DNA from: Acidimicrobiia bacterium
Lineage (GTDB): Bacteria > Actinomycetota > Acidimicrobiia > Spongiisociales > UBA5794
NCBI GenBank assembly: GCA_029939995.1
Contig: JAOZRW010000007.1
Span: 15,329-79,328 of the forward strand
Direction of reading: 5' to 3'
Length of the DNA stretch: 64,000 bases
Shown: positions 17,464 to 27,705 of the stretch, piece by piece
Layout: each line of letters starts with the position of its first letter
Numbering within the stretch: position 1 is the stretch's first letter
Translations under genes and position numbers: made by a program
Notes under the pieces: model-generated
The model's database searches: none
What the model saw: the letters and a program-made list of their open reading frames with translations, nothing else
Told to the model about the DNA's origin: nothing

Positions 17464-18320
17464 CAGTGGAACCGCACGATAGCGTCGGCCGTTCGCGCAG
17501 CGGAGATGGCGTCGGCCACGTCGTGGACGCGAACGACGGAGGCGCCCTTCGCCACAGCCAGCGCCACCGTAGCGCCCGTCGCAGCATCCCGATCCTCCGG
17601 GGTCGCCGGCCGTGCCGCCCGTTCGAGGATCGTGCCGAGGAACGCCTTGCGCGACGTCCCGACGAGCAGTAGACGGCCACGCCCGATGCGATCCAACTCG
17701 CTCAACAACGCGAGGTTGTGCTCGAACGTCTTGCCGAATCCGATGCCGGGATCGACCACGATGTGAGACGGCTCGACGCCGGACTCGACGACGGCTCGAA
17801 CACGCTGCTGGAGGAAGTCGGCCACGTCCGCGACGACGTCGTCGTAGGCGGGATCGGCCTGCATCGTCCTGGGGTTCCCCTGCATGTGCATGATGACCAC
17901 CCCGGCACCGCTTCGTGCGCATTCGGCGACCATCTCCGGATCTGTGAGACCGGTGACGTCGTTGACGATCTCGGCCCCTCCGGCGAGCGCCGCGGCGGCA
18001 ACCGCAGGCTTGCTCGTGTCGACGGACACGACGAGACCGGCCCCGGCGAGTGCCCGCACGACGGGCACGACCCGTTCCGTCTCTTCGGCAGTGTCGATCG
18101 GCGAGGCGCCGGGGCGGGTCGACTCTCCTCCTACGTCGACGATGTCGGCTCCGAGATCGGCCAGGTGCAGACCGTGTCGAATCGCCGCGTCACGGTCGAT
18201 CCACCGTCCACCGTCCGAGAACGAGTCGTGCGTGACGTTGACGATCCCCATGACGAGCGTGTGGTCGTCGGTCGTCAGCGAGCGGGTTCTGAGGTCCCAG
18301 GTCGTCGGCTCGAAGGACAC
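17463..18320 (-). CDS. folP: Dihydropteroate synthase
   Basis: LVMGIVNVTHDSFSDGG, DIVDVGGESTRPG, and VDPGIGFGK motifs. Confidence 0.95.
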   Translation of the reverse strand: MSFEPTTWDLRTRSLTTDDHTLVMGIVNVTHDSFSDGGRWIDRDAAIRHGLHLADLGADIVDVGGESTRPGASPIDTAEETERVVPVVRALAGAGLVVSVDTSKPAVAAAALAGGAEIVNDVTGLTDPEMVAECARSGAGVVIMHMQGNPRTMQADPAYDDVVADVADFLQQRVRAVVESGVEPSHIVVDPGIGFGKTFEHNLALLSELDRIGRGRLLLVGTSRKAFLGTILERAARPATPEDRDAATGATVALAVAKGASVVRVHDVADAISAARTADAIVRFH

Positions 18321-18323
18321 CCG

Positions 18324-20243
18324 TCAGTTCACAGGCTCGGTGTCCGAGGGAGCCGCATCCGCCTCGTCGGTCGATCCGGTGCGGTCGGGCTCCCTCAGAC
18401 GGAGGCCGCCGTTGTCGGTGTGCATCCACTTCGGAACGTCATGGAACACGGCGGCCACCTCGTCGGCGTCGAGCGTCTCCTGATCCATCAGGGCTACCGC
18501 GATGCGGTCGAGCGCGTCGCGATGGGTCGTGATGATCATCGTCGCTTCTTCGTGGGCCTGCGTGATGAGCTTGCGGACTTCCTCGTCGATCGCCGCGGCG
18601 ACCTCGTTCGAGAGATCCTGGCCCCGCGTGTAGTCGCGGCCGAGGAAGACCTCCCCCTCGGGCTGTCCGTACTTGAGCGGGCCGAGACGTTCGCTCATCC
18701 CGTACTCCATCACCATCTTGCGAGCCAGCGTGGTCGCCTTCTCGATGTCGTTCGAGGCCCCGGTGGACGGATCCCCGAAGACGATCTCCTCGGCCGTCCT
18801 CCCACCGAGCGCATACGCGAGCTGGTCGACGAGTTCGCTGCGCTTCTCGTAGTACTTGTCTTCGAGCGGAAGCGCCATGGTGTATCCGCCGGCCCTGCCG
18901 CGGGGGATGATCGTGACCTTGTGGATCGGGTCGAGCCGGGGAAGGGCGAAACCGACGAGGGCGTGGCCCCCTTCGTGATAGGCCGTGAGCTTCCGTTCCT
19001 CCTCCGACATGACACGGCTCTTCCGCTCCGGTCCGGCGATGACACGCTCGATCGCTTCTTCGAGCTCGGCGTTCCCGATGTTCGTGCGGTCCCGACGAGC
19101 CGCGAGGAGCGCTCCCTCGTTGATCAGGTTCGCGAGGTCGGCGCCGGTGAACCCCGGCGTTTGACGGGCGAGCGCCCGGATGTCGACGTCGTCTGCCAGC
19201 GGCTTCCCCTTCGCATGCACGTTGAGGATCTGCTCGCGCCCCCTGATGTCGGGCCGATCGACCACGATCTGCCGGTCGAATCGCCCGGGCCGCAGGAGTG
19301 CGGGATCGAGGATGTCGGGCCGGTTCGTCGAGGCGATGACGATGACCCCGGCCTTGACGTCGAACCCGTCCAGTTCGACGAGGAGCTGGTTGAGGGTCTG
19401 CTCCCGCTCGTCGTGCCCGCCGCCGAGACCGGCTCCGCGATGGCGCCCGACGGCATCGATCTCGTCGATGAACACGATCGAAGGTGCGCTCGCCTTGGCC
19501 TGCTCGAAGAGGTCGCGGACCCGGCTGGCCCCGACGCCGACGAACATCTCGACGAACTCCGAGCCGGAGATGGCGTAGAACGGGACGCCCGCCTCGCCGG
19601 CGACCGCCCGGGCGAGCAACGTCTTGCCGGTGCCGGGAGGCCCGTAGAGGAGCACGCCTTTGGGGATCTTCGCCCCCATCGCACGGAACTTCTGCGGCTG
19701 CTGCAGGAACTCCTTGATCTCGTTGAGTTCCTCGATCGCCTCGTCGACACCCGCGACGTCGTCGAACGTCACCTTCGGTGTGTCTTTCGTGACCAGTTTC
19801 GCCTTCGACTTGCCGAACTGCATCACGCGGTTCCCGCCGCCCTGGAGCTGGAACATGATGAAGATGAAGAGCCCGAACAGGAGGAGATAGGGGAACACGT
19901 TCCCGAGGAACCACTGGAAGAAGGACGGTTCCTGGTTGTCGGTGATGCTCTCGACACCTGCGTCGAGGAGGATCTGGGTCATCTCCGGGGAGTACTCCGC
20001 CGGGTACTTCGTGACGAACTCGACCGTCTCACCCGACGCGTCGGTGTACGTGCCCACGACCTCGTTCGTCCGGTCCCGGATCGTGGCGGGATCGTCGATC
20101 TGGCCCGCTGCCAGCTTCTCGTTGAAATCGTTCAGGCTCAGCTCTTCAGGCTGGTTCGACTGGTTGACGAAGACGTTGACGGCCATCACCACGACGAAGA
20201 TCACCGCGAGATATATCAATATGGTTCGTGCAGTCCGGCTCAC
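18324..20243 (-). CDS. ftsH: ATP-dependent zinc metalloprotease FtsH
   Basis: Two N-terminal TM helices, AAA module [11 protein letters not shown], second region of homology, and HEGGHAL zinc site. Confidence 0.97.
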   Translation of the reverse strand: MSRTARTILIYLAVIFVVVMAVNVFVNQSNQPEELSLNDFNEKLAAGQIDDPATIRDRTNEVVGTYTDASGETVEFVTKYPAEYSPEMTQILLDAGVESITDNQEPSFFQWFLGNVFPYLLLFGLFIFIMFQLQGGGNRVMQFGKSKAKLVTKDTPKVTFDDVAGVDEAIEELNEIKEFLQQPQKFRAMGAKIPKGVLLYGPPGTGKTLLARAVAGEAGVPFYAISGSEFVEMFVGVGASRVRDLFEQAKASAPSIVFIDEIDAVGRHRGAGLGGGHDEREQTLNQLLVELDGFDVKAGVIVIASTNRPDILDPALLRPGRFDRQIVVDRPDIRGREQILNVHAKGKPLADDVDIRALARQTPGFTGADLANLINEGALLAARRDRTNIGNAELEEAIERVIAGPERKSRVMSEEERKLTAYHEGGHALVGFALPRLDPIHKVTIIPRGRAGGYTMALPLEDKYYEKRSELVDQLAYALGGRTAEEIVFGDPSTGASNDIEKATTLARKMVMEYGMSERLGPLKYGQPEGEVFLGRDYTRGQDLSNEVAAAIDEEVRKLITQAHEEATMIITTHRDALDRIAVALMDQETLDADEVAAVFHDVPKWMHTDNGGLRLREPDRTGSTDEADAAPSDTEPVN

Positions 20244-20350
20244 ACTGCTCCTCAGGCGACAGCGGGTCTACCCCATCCGTCGCACCATGGTACGCCAGTG
20301 GGTCTCTTAGGAAGACCCGGGATCGGGCCCGCGCGCAGGCGACGTGGCAG

Positions 20351-20872
20351 TCACACCTCGTCGACGACGGCGACGTACGGGAGGTTCCGGTACTTCCCGT
20401 CGAAGTCGAGCCCGTAGCCGATCACGAACTCCGGTCCGATGTGGAATCCCTCGTACGCCACGTCCAACGGCGGTCGCTCGACCCCGTCCTTGATCAACAG
20501 GGCCGCGAGCTTCAACGACGCCGGCTTGCGCACTTCGAGATTCTTGATGAGGTACTGGAGGGTCAGGCCGGTGTCGATGATGTCCTCGACGATCAGGACG
20601 TTGCGGCCCTCGATCTCCTCGTCGAGATCCTTCAAGATGCGCACGACCCCGGTCGACTTCGTCGACGCCCCGTACGACGAGACGGCCATGAAATCGAACT
20701 CGAGCGGCAGGTCGATGTGTCGGGCGAGGTCGGCCATCACGACGAACGCGCCCTTCAGCACGCCCACGAGGAGGAGATCCTGACCTTCATAGTCGCGGGT
20801 GATGGCGGCGCCCATCTCCGTGAGCTTCGCTTCGATCTCCTCGGCGGACACCAGGACTCTTCCGATCTTCAT
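20351..20872 (-). CDS. hpt: Hypoxanthine phosphoribosyltransferase
   Basis: PRPP-binding motif VLIVEDIIDTGLTL. ATGA overlap with the tilS stop. Confidence 0.94.
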   Translation of the reverse strand: MKIGRVLVSAEEIEAKLTEMGAAITRDYEGQDLLLVGVLKGAFVVMADLARHIDLPLEFDFMAVSSYGASTKSTGVVRILKDLDEEIEGRNVLIVEDIIDTGLTLQYLIKNLEVRKPASLKLAALLIKDGVERPPLDVAYEGFHIGPEFVIGYGLDFDGKYRNLPYVAVVDEV

Positions 20873-22155
20873 GTTCGACCTCTCTCATAGACCACGGCGA
20901 CCGACCGGCTCGTCGAAGGCTGCGCCCACGAGGCGACACGGATCCCGACGACCGCTGCGATTCTGCCACCCGAAACGATCAGGGGCCAAGTGGAACGTCT
21001 GCGAACCGGGACGCCGTGCTCCGAGAGCACGGTTCGAACCGATTTCGAGCCACCCGCGATCGCGATCCGATCCCCGGGAGCCGGGACGCGCAGCGTCGCT
21101 CCGCCATCGAGTGCCGCGGGATCGAGCAGGAGCGTCGAGCGACGTCGGACCGGGAGCCCTTCCGCCGGCTCGAACCGGACGGCGCCGGCCCCGAATCGGA
21201 TGGGCCGCCCCTGAACGATCTGGATCTCTTCGGGAACATCGGGCTCGCGTGCGGCGATGACGACGTACGGGCCCTCCAGGGTCACCGCCAGAGCACCCGT
21301 GATCGTCGCCGAATCCGCCCGCCGACCGGCCACCCGGAGCACCGCGTCCACGTCTGCGGCGGCTCCCGGATACGGTGCGAGGAGATGGCGCAGAGCCATC
21401 CTCACCGTCCGCGACGCGACGGCCGTGGGCACCGTTGCGAGCGCCGCAGTCGGGATCATCACGACGTTCCCCTCCCGGATGATGGGGATGTGCGTTGCAA
21501 TCTCGTCGATCAGGAGATCGTCCGCCGCGGCGAGGCTCCCCGCCCTGGCCAGCACTCCGGCGATCCCGGTCCGGTACTCGCGTTCGAGCATGGGCAGCAG
21601 CTCGGAACGGACCCGGTTCCGGAGGTGAGCCCGATCTTCGTTGGCCGGATCGTCGGTGAATGGCAGCCCGAGGTCCTCGGCGACCGTTCGGATCTCCTCT
21701 CGCGTGAACCCCATCAGAGGACGCACGACACCGGGCCGGCTCCTCGACATCCCCGCGATCCCTGCGCTCCCCGACCCTCGCAGGAGGTTCATCAGCACCG
21801 TCTCGGCCTGGTCGTCCCTCGTATGCCCGGTGACGACCGTCTCCCCGTCCCGGATCGCACCATCGATCGCCCTCCACCGCGAGCGGCGGGCGCGATCTTC
21901 GAGCGAAGGCCCCTCCTGTACCGGGGCGTCCAGGATCGTCACGTCGATGCCGAGTTCGGCCGCGACCGCTCGCGCCGTTCGCTCGAGTGCTGCAGAACTC
22001 TCGAGCCCGTGCCGTACGAAGATGCATCGCACCTCGGGATGCCCGGCGACGGACCAGGCTGCGACGGCGGAGTCGGCGCCGCCGCCGAGGGCGACCGCGA
22101 GCGGTCCGGCCGGCACGAGATCGCGCGCTTCGGCCGCGACGCGCTCGGGGTTCAC
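20869..22155 (-). CDS. tilS: tRNA(Ile)-lysidine synthase
   Basis: PP-loop VALGGGADS. Start chosen at GTG 22155 because it forms a GTGA overlap with the upstream stop. The track start at 22227 would overlap the upstream gene by 76 nt. Confidence 0.85.
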   Translation of the reverse strand: MNPERVAAEARDLVPAGPLAVALGGGADSAVAAWSVAGHPEVRCIFVRHGLESSAALERTARAVAAELGIDVTILDAPVQEGPSLEDRARRSRWRAIDGAIRDGETVVTGHTRDDQAETVLMNLLRGSGSAGIAGMSRSRPGVVRPLMGFTREEIRTVAEDLGLPFTDDPANEDRAHLRNRVRSELLPMLEREYRTGIAGVLARAGSLAAADDLLIDEIATHIPIIREGNVVMIPTAALATVPTAVASRTVRMALRHLLAPYPGAAADVDAVLRVAGRRADSATITGALAVTLEGPYVVIAAREPDVPEEIQIVQGRPIRFGAGAVRFEPAEGLPVRRRSTLLLDPAALDGGATLRVPAPGDRIAIAGGSKSVRTVLSEHGVPVRRRSTWPLIVSGGRIAAVVGIRVASWAQPSTSRSVAVVYERGRT

Positions 22156-23183
22156 GCGATTCGGCGCAGCCACTGTTCCGGCTCGGCGATCTCCTCGAGG
22201 GTCGGAAGCGCCTCGGGGCTCTGCCATGCGAGGTCGAGCGTGTCCCAGCTTGAACGCCGTTCGATCTCCTTGATGAATCGCTCGCCCATCTCGTACTGCC
22301 GGAGCTTCATCTCCAGACCGATCAGTCGCATGAGGGCCGCGGTCCGCTTGTTCGCGCGGCGCGCCTTGAGGACCTGGGACATCCGGCGCTGGGTCACCAG
22401 TTCCCGTTCACCGACCCGGTCCATGACGACGTGGCCGTGCCCTTCGAGCAACGCCATCAGCGCCTGCACCCGGTCGAGGATCTCTCGCTGCTCCGGTGTT
22501 GCGAACACACCGAAGATCCCCGCCTCGTCGATGAGGGGCCTGCCTTCGGCCGCGGCCTCACGCATCTCCGCAGCCACCCGTTGGATCCGACCGTGCTCGG
22601 GTTTCGTGGCCGCCGTCAACTCGGTCACGAGTCCGAAGAAGTAGTCGCGCAGCCAGGGCACGCCGGTGAACTGGAGACGATGGGTGCACTCGTGGAGAGC
22701 CACCCAGAAACGGAACTCGTCGGGCCGGAACGCATGATCACGTTCCATCTTCAACAGGTTGGGTCCCACGAAGAGCACCGTGTCGCCGTCGCCGCCGTCC
22801 GACGTCGGGAGCACGAGCTCGTACTGGCCGAGGACCCGCCGTGACAGGAATCCGAGAACGGCGCCCATCTCCGCCCCCATGAACCGGCCGGCCAGACCGG
22901 CGCCGATTCCGTTGTGGCGGGCGAGTCGCTCCTCGACGGGAGCGAGCAGCGTGGAGAACGACGCGACGTTGTTCTCCACCCAGCCGGCGCGTCCGATGAC
23001 GGCGACCTCCGGGTCCCCCGGCCCCACCAGGCCGGTTTCTTCCGAGACGAGAGCGGAGGCACGTTGGACCATGGCAGGCAGATCCCGTTCGAGCCGCTCC
23101 TGGTGGTACGTGCCTTCGAGCGGGTAGGTCCCCGAGAAGCTCGAGGCGACGGAGATCGCTACCGGCCAATCAACGTGTGACAT
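22152..23183 (-). CDS. Zinc-dependent metalloprotease (DUF2342-like, HExxH)
   Basis: HECTHRLQF zinc-binding motif. It sits upstream of tilS, as the conserved actinobacterial hypothetical protein does (from memory). Confidence 0.75.
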   Translation of the reverse strand: MSHVDWPVAISVASSFSGTYPLEGTYHQERLERDLPAMVQRASALVSEETGLVGPGDPEVAVIGRAGWVENNVASFSTLLAPVEERLARHNGIGAGLAGRFMGAEMGAVLGFLSRRVLGQYELVLPTSDGGDGDTVLFVGPNLLKMERDHAFRPDEFRFWVALHECTHRLQFTGVPWLRDYFFGLVTELTAATKPEHGRIQRVAAEMREAAAEGRPLIDEAGIFGVFATPEQREILDRVQALMALLEGHGHVVMDRVGERELVTQRRMSQVLKARRANKRTAALMRLIGLEMKLRQYEMGERFIKEIERRSSWDTLDLAWQSPEALPTLEEIAEPEQWLRRIA

Positions 23184-23231
23184 GGGTGTGAGGGTAGAGG
23201 AGGTGGGTGACGGAACGGCGGCGGGCGGGCA

Positions 23232-24962
23232 TCACCCTCTGCTCGCTCCGGTCGCCGCGTTCCACATCGTCCGATACCGGGCCGACGATTCAAGGAGTTC
23301 CGTGTGCGTGCCGCGGTCCACGATCGTGCCGGCCTCCATCACGATGATCTGGTCCATCCGGTCGAGACCGATCGGGCGGTGGGTGATCAGCACGAGCGAC
23401 CGACCGGCGGTCGCAGCGAGGAGATCGTCCATCACGGCCCGGGCGGTCGCCGGATCGAGACCCGAGATCGGCTCGTCGAGGATCAGCACCGGGAAGTCTG
23501 CGAGGAGTGCCCGGGCCAGCGCCAGCCGTTTGCGTTGACCACCGGAGACCGACTCTCCTGCCTCACCGACGTCGGTCAGTATCCCGTCGGGCAGACCGTC
23601 GACCCAGTCGCCGAGGCGAACGCCGTCGAGCACCGACCGGACGTCGCTCTCGGATGCGTCCTGGGCGCCGATCCGGACGTTCCCGAGGATCGAGCCCCGG
23701 AAGAGGAACGCCCGGTCGTCTTCGTAGCCCACGAAGCCCCGCATGTCGTCGGAGGCCACGTCGCGCACGTCGACGGCCCCCAGCGTCACGTTCCCGTCGG
23801 TCGGATCCAGGAAGCGGCAGAGGATGTGCGCGAGCGTCGTCTTGCCGGCGCCGGTCTCCCCCACCACGCCGACTCTCATGCCCGGGTCGATCTCGAGATC
23901 GACCGGGCCGAGGATCCGATCGCCGCTCGCCACGGTCACGGTGGCCTGCTGTACGGCGAGCGTCGCCTCGGTCGGGATCGGGAGGGGATGCCCGGGTTCC
24001 ACGATCGGGGACTCGCCGTCGATGACTTCGAACAGGCGGTCGGCGGCGCCGAGGGACCTTCCGAGCCGTTCGAACCCCGATGGGAGGGTCGCAACCGACT
24101 CGAACGGGGTGATCGCCAGCATGGCCAGAACAGCGACCATCACGCCGTCCAGGCTCCCGGCGTGGACCGCCGCCGCCGACACCCAGAGGGTCCCGACGAG
24201 CGATGCCCCCACCAGAGCCAGGATGGCGGCGTCGCCGAAACCGTGCATCCATGCGGCTCGTCGCTCCGCCCGTGCCACCCGTTCGGCGGCCTCGTCCGCC
24301 GCGGCCAGGAGCTGGTCCTCCGCACCGAGGGCGACGATGACCGGGGCGCCTTCGATGATCTCGACCGTCTGACCGATCATGCGTCCCCGATCGGCGGAGA
24401 TCGTCCGGCCCGCCGCGTCCCCGGCGCGTCGTGTGAGCCGGGGCACCGCCACCCCCGCCACGAGCAGAGGGATCAGGATCGTGAGCCCGGAGACCGGCAG
24501 CCAGATCAGCGCCAGGACGAGGGTGAGAACGGCGACGACGGCCGCGATGAGCGGCGGGGCGATCACCCGCACGAACACGTGTTGGATCTCGTCGACGTCG
24601 CCGAGGACCCGGCCGACGAGATCGCCGGCACGGAACGATGCCACACCGGCGGGACCGAGCCGATGCATCGCGCGGGTCACCCGGGTCCTCAGATCCGTGA
24701 GCAGGCGCAGGCTCAGATCGTGCGATGAGAGCCGTTCCACGTATCGCAGCACGGCGCGGGAGATGCCGAAGAACCGGACGCCCACGATCGCGATCGACAG
24801 TTCGAACAGCGGCGGATGGAGCGCCGCCAGCGAGATCAGGTAGGCGGAGACGGTCAGCAGGCCGATGGACGACGCGATCGATGCGGCTCCCGCGGCGATC
24901 GACCCTGCGAAACGCCACGGGTATTCCCGTAGCGAATCCGCGAGACGCCGGAAGCCGCTCAT
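23232..24962 (-). CDS. cydC: Thiol reductant ABC exporter subunit CydC
   Basis: Six-TM domain plus NBD (GETGAGKTT, LSGGQRKRLALARA, ILDEP). ATGA overlap with cydD. Last gene of cydABDC. Confidence 0.85.
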   Translation of the reverse strand: MSGFRRLADSLREYPWRFAGSIAAGAASIASSIGLLTVSAYLISLAALHPPLFELSIAIVGVRFFGISRAVLRYVERLSSHDLSLRLLTDLRTRVTRAMHRLGPAGVASFRAGDLVGRVLGDVDEIQHVFVRVIAPPLIAAVVAVLTLVLALIWLPVSGLTILIPLLVAGVAVPRLTRRAGDAAGRTISADRGRMIGQTVEIIEGAPVIVALGAEDQLLAAADEAAERVARAERRAAWMHGFGDAAILALVGASLVGTLWVSAAAVHAGSLDGVMVAVLAMLAITPFESVATLPSGFERLGRSLGAADRLFEVIDGESPIVEPGHPLPIPTEATLAVQQATVTVASGDRILGPVDLEIDPGMRVGVVGETGAGKTTLAHILCRFLDPTDGNVTLGAVDVRDVASDDMRGFVGYEDDRAFLFRGSILGNVRIGAQDASESDVRSVLDGVRLGDWVDGLPDGILTDVGEAGESVSGGQRKRLALARALLADFPVLILDEPISGLDPATARAVMDDLLAATAGRSLVLITHRPIGLDRMDQIIVMEAGTIVDRGTHTELLESSARYRTMWNAATGASRG

Positions 24963-26749
24963 CGCCGGCCGCGCCCCGAAGAGGTCACGATGCGCCCGCC
25001 GTCGATCGTGACCACACGGTCGGCGAGGTCGACGAGGATCCGCTGGTGAGCGACGGTGATCACCGTTCTCCCTCGAGCGATCCGGTCGAACGCGGCGGCG
25101 ATCCGGAGCTGCGTATCGCTGTCGATGCCCGCGGTCGGTTCGTCGAGGAGCAGGAGAACCGGGTCGGGGAGGATGGCGCGGGCGAGCGTCACCATGCGCC
25201 GCTGTCCGTGGCTGAGGCCGCGCCCCTGCTCGCCGATGGTCTCGGTGAGCCGTGGGATCAGGTCCTCGGCTCCCACCAACCGGAGCGCCGCCGCGACCTC
25301 ATCCGTCGTCGAGTCCGGTTGGCCGAGCCGTACGTTGTCGAGGACGGTACCGGCGATGAGGAAGGGCTCCTGCCGGACCCACCCGATCATCGATCGCCAC
25401 GATGCCGCATCCACCCGTTCCAGCGGGACACCGCCGACGTCGACCGTCCCCCCGGTCGGTCGGCCGAAGCCGAGGATGAGGCGGATCAGCGTCGACTTGC
25501 CGGCTCCCGAGGGCCCGATCAGCGCCACGTGCTCGCCTCGATCGACGCTCAGGTCGATGCCGTCGAGCACCGGTACGGAGCGGGCATCGCCGGAAGCCGG
25601 ATAGGCGAACGACACGTCGGAAAGGGTCACGAGCGGTGCGCCGACCGGCGTCTCCGGCACGGGCAGGCGGTCGGCTGCCTCTCGCTCGTCCGCGTCGGCG
25701 ACCTCCAGGACCGCGAACATGCTTCTCGCCGCTTCCATCCCGTCCATCGCGGCGTGGAACTCGCTCCCGGCCTTCCTCATGGGTGCGTACACCTCGGGAG
25801 CGAGGATGAGGATCGCCATCGCCGGCTCGAAGTCGAGGCTGCCCTGGACGACGCGGAGCCCGATCGCGACGGCGATCACCGCGACCGAGATCGTGGCGAC
25901 GAGTTCGAGAACGAACGCGGAGAGGAACGCGACCCGCAGCGTGGCCATCGTCTGGCGCCGGTACTCGTCGGAGAGGCGCCTGACCCGATCGAGCCGCTCG
26001 CCGCCGGCCCGGTACACCTCGAGCGTGAGGAGCCCGCGGAGCGTCTCGATGAGCCCGTCGCCGAGACGGCGCATCGTGAGCCATCGCGAACGCGTCGCGC
26101 GGTCGGCGTACGTGCCGATGAGCCACATGAAGACCGGGATGAGCGGCACCGTCAGCACGATGATCACCACGCTCACCGGATCCACGGTGGCGATCCAAAC
26201 GACGGCGAACAGCGGGACCAGGGCTCCGAGGACGAGTTGGGGCAGGTAGTGGGAGAAGTACGCGTCGAGCGAGTCGATCCCGGTCGACGCGGTCAGCGCC
26301 AGGTCGCCGCTCCCGGCGGAGCGACCGCGAGCGGTCTGTGCGAGGACGGCACGCATGACGCGCTCGCGTAACGATCGCTTCACCGTCGCCGACGCGTGAT
26401 GTGCCGAGACGGAGCGCCCCCATTCGAGCGCTCCCCGCGCCAGATAGACGACGCCGAGCGCGACGAACGCTCCCGTCAACGACCGTGGTGCGGCATCGCC
26501 CAGGAAGACGTCGTTGATGATCCCGGCGAGGACGACGGCGCCGACGATCACGGCGGCAGCCGACGCGAGTCCGAATCCGACCGTCACCCACAGATACCGA
26601 CGCGCCCCCTCCGCAAGGGCGAACAGGCGCCGGTCGATCGGTTTGGCCCCGTCGGTCGCGGTCTCCTCTCGCTCAGTGGGGAGCGGTCGTGACCTCCTCA
26701 CGACCGATCCGCTTCCTGAACACCCAGTAGCTCCATGTCTGGTAGCCAA
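24959..26749 (-). CDS. cydD: Thiol reductant ABC exporter subunit CydD
   Basis: TM domain plus NBD (GPSGAGKST, LSHGQRRMVTLARA, LLLDEPT). Start uncertain: 26749 overlaps cydB by 77 nt, and GTG 26701 is an alternative. Confidence 0.83.
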   Translation of the reverse strand: MATRHGATGCSGSGSVVRRSRPLPTEREETATDGAKPIDRRLFALAEGARRYLWVTVGFGLASAAAVIVGAVVLAGIINDVFLGDAAPRSLTGAFVALGVVYLARGALEWGRSVSAHHASATVKRSLRERVMRAVLAQTARGRSAGSGDLALTASTGIDSLDAYFSHYLPQLVLGALVPLFAVVWIATVDPVSVVIIVLTVPLIPVFMWLIGTYADRATRSRWLTMRRLGDGLIETLRGLLTLEVYRAGGERLDRVRRLSDEYRRQTMATLRVAFLSAFVLELVATISVAVIAVAIGLRVVQGSLDFEPAMAILILAPEVYAPMRKAGSEFHAAMDGMEAARSMFAVLEVADADEREAADRLPVPETPVGAPLVTLSDVSFAYPASGDARSVPVLDGIDLSVDRGEHVALIGPSGAGKSTLIRLILGFGRPTGGTVDVGGVPLERVDAASWRSMIGWVRQEPFLIAGTVLDNVRLGQPDSTTDEVAAALRLVGAEDLIPRLTETIGEQGRGLSHGQRRMVTLARAILPDPVLLLLDEPTAGIDSDTQLRIAAAFDRIARGRTVITVAHQRILVDLADRVVTIDGGRIVTSSGRGRR

Positions 26750-27695
26750 GCACGATCGGGACGAATATGAGAGCGACGACGGACATGATCTGCAGCGTCA
26801 TCGTCGAAGACGATGCGTTGAACACCGTCAGGCTGTACGCAGGATCGATGGTCGACGTCATCACGTTCGGGTACATCCCGATGAAGATGGCCGCCACGAT
26901 GGCCGCGATCGTCAGCCCGGTGAGGGCGAAGGCCCACGCGAAGATCTTCGACCGGACGAGCCAGATGGATGCGGCGAGCAGCGCGACCGCCAGGATCGGC
27001 AGCAGCCCGGGGACGACGCCCCCGTCGCCCTGGATGTACGACCAGACCATGACGCCGGCGAGGATCACCGTCGCGGCGATCGACATCGATCCGGCCACCG
27101 AAACCGCGCGGTCGTACACGACGCCTTTCGACTTCAACGTGAGGAACAGCGCTCCGTGGAACGTGAAGACGGCGACGGCGGCGACGCCCATGGCGAGGGA
27201 GTAGGGGTTCAGAAGCGCCCAGAAGCCCCCGACGTACTCGCCCGCCGCGTCGATCTCGAGGCCCCGTACGAGGTTCCCGAACGCGACGCCGAACAGGAGC
27301 GCCGGCAGGAAGCTGCCGACGAAGATCGCCCAATCCCACATGGACCGCCACGCGGCGTTCGGGTTCTTGCTCCGGTACTCGAACGCGACGCCGCGCACGA
27401 TGAGCCCGACCAGCACCAGGAGGAGCGCCAGGTAGAAGCCGCTGAACATCGTTGCGTACCACTCGGGGAACGCCGCGAACATGGCCCCGCCGGCGGTGAG
27501 CAGCCACACCTCGTTGCCGTCCCACGTCGGACCGATCGTGTTGATCATGACGCGGCGGTCCTCATCGGTCTTGCCGATGAACGGCAACAGGATGCCGACA
27601 CCGAAATCGAACCCCTCCAGGAAGAAGAACCCGGTCCAGAGGACTGCGATGAGGACGAACCAGAGTGTCTCCAGGTTCAGAATTCCTTGATCCAT
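26673..27695 (-). CDS. cydB: Cytochrome bd ubiquinol oxidase subunit II
   Basis: Start trimmed to ATG 27695 (MDQGILNLETLWFVLIAVLW...). It is preceded by GAGGAGG, 10 nt after the cydA stop. Confidence 0.92.
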   Translation of the reverse strand: MDQGILNLETLWFVLIAVLWTGFFFLEGFDFGVGILLPFIGKTDEDRRVMINTIGPTWDGNEVWLLTAGGAMFAAFPEWYATMFSGFYLALLLVLVGLIVRGVAFEYRSKNPNAAWRSMWDWAIFVGSFLPALLFGVAFGNLVRGLEIDAAGEYVGGFWALLNPYSLAMGVAAVAVFTFHGALFLTLKSKGVVYDRAVSVAGSMSIAATVILAGVMVWSYIQGDGGVVPGLLPILAVALLAASIWLVRSKIFAWAFALTGLTIAAIVAAIFIGMYPNVMTSTIDPAYSLTVFNASSSTMTLQIMSVVALIFVPIVLGYQTWSYWVFRKRIGREEVTTAPH

Positions 27696-27705
27696 GGTCG
27701 CCTCC

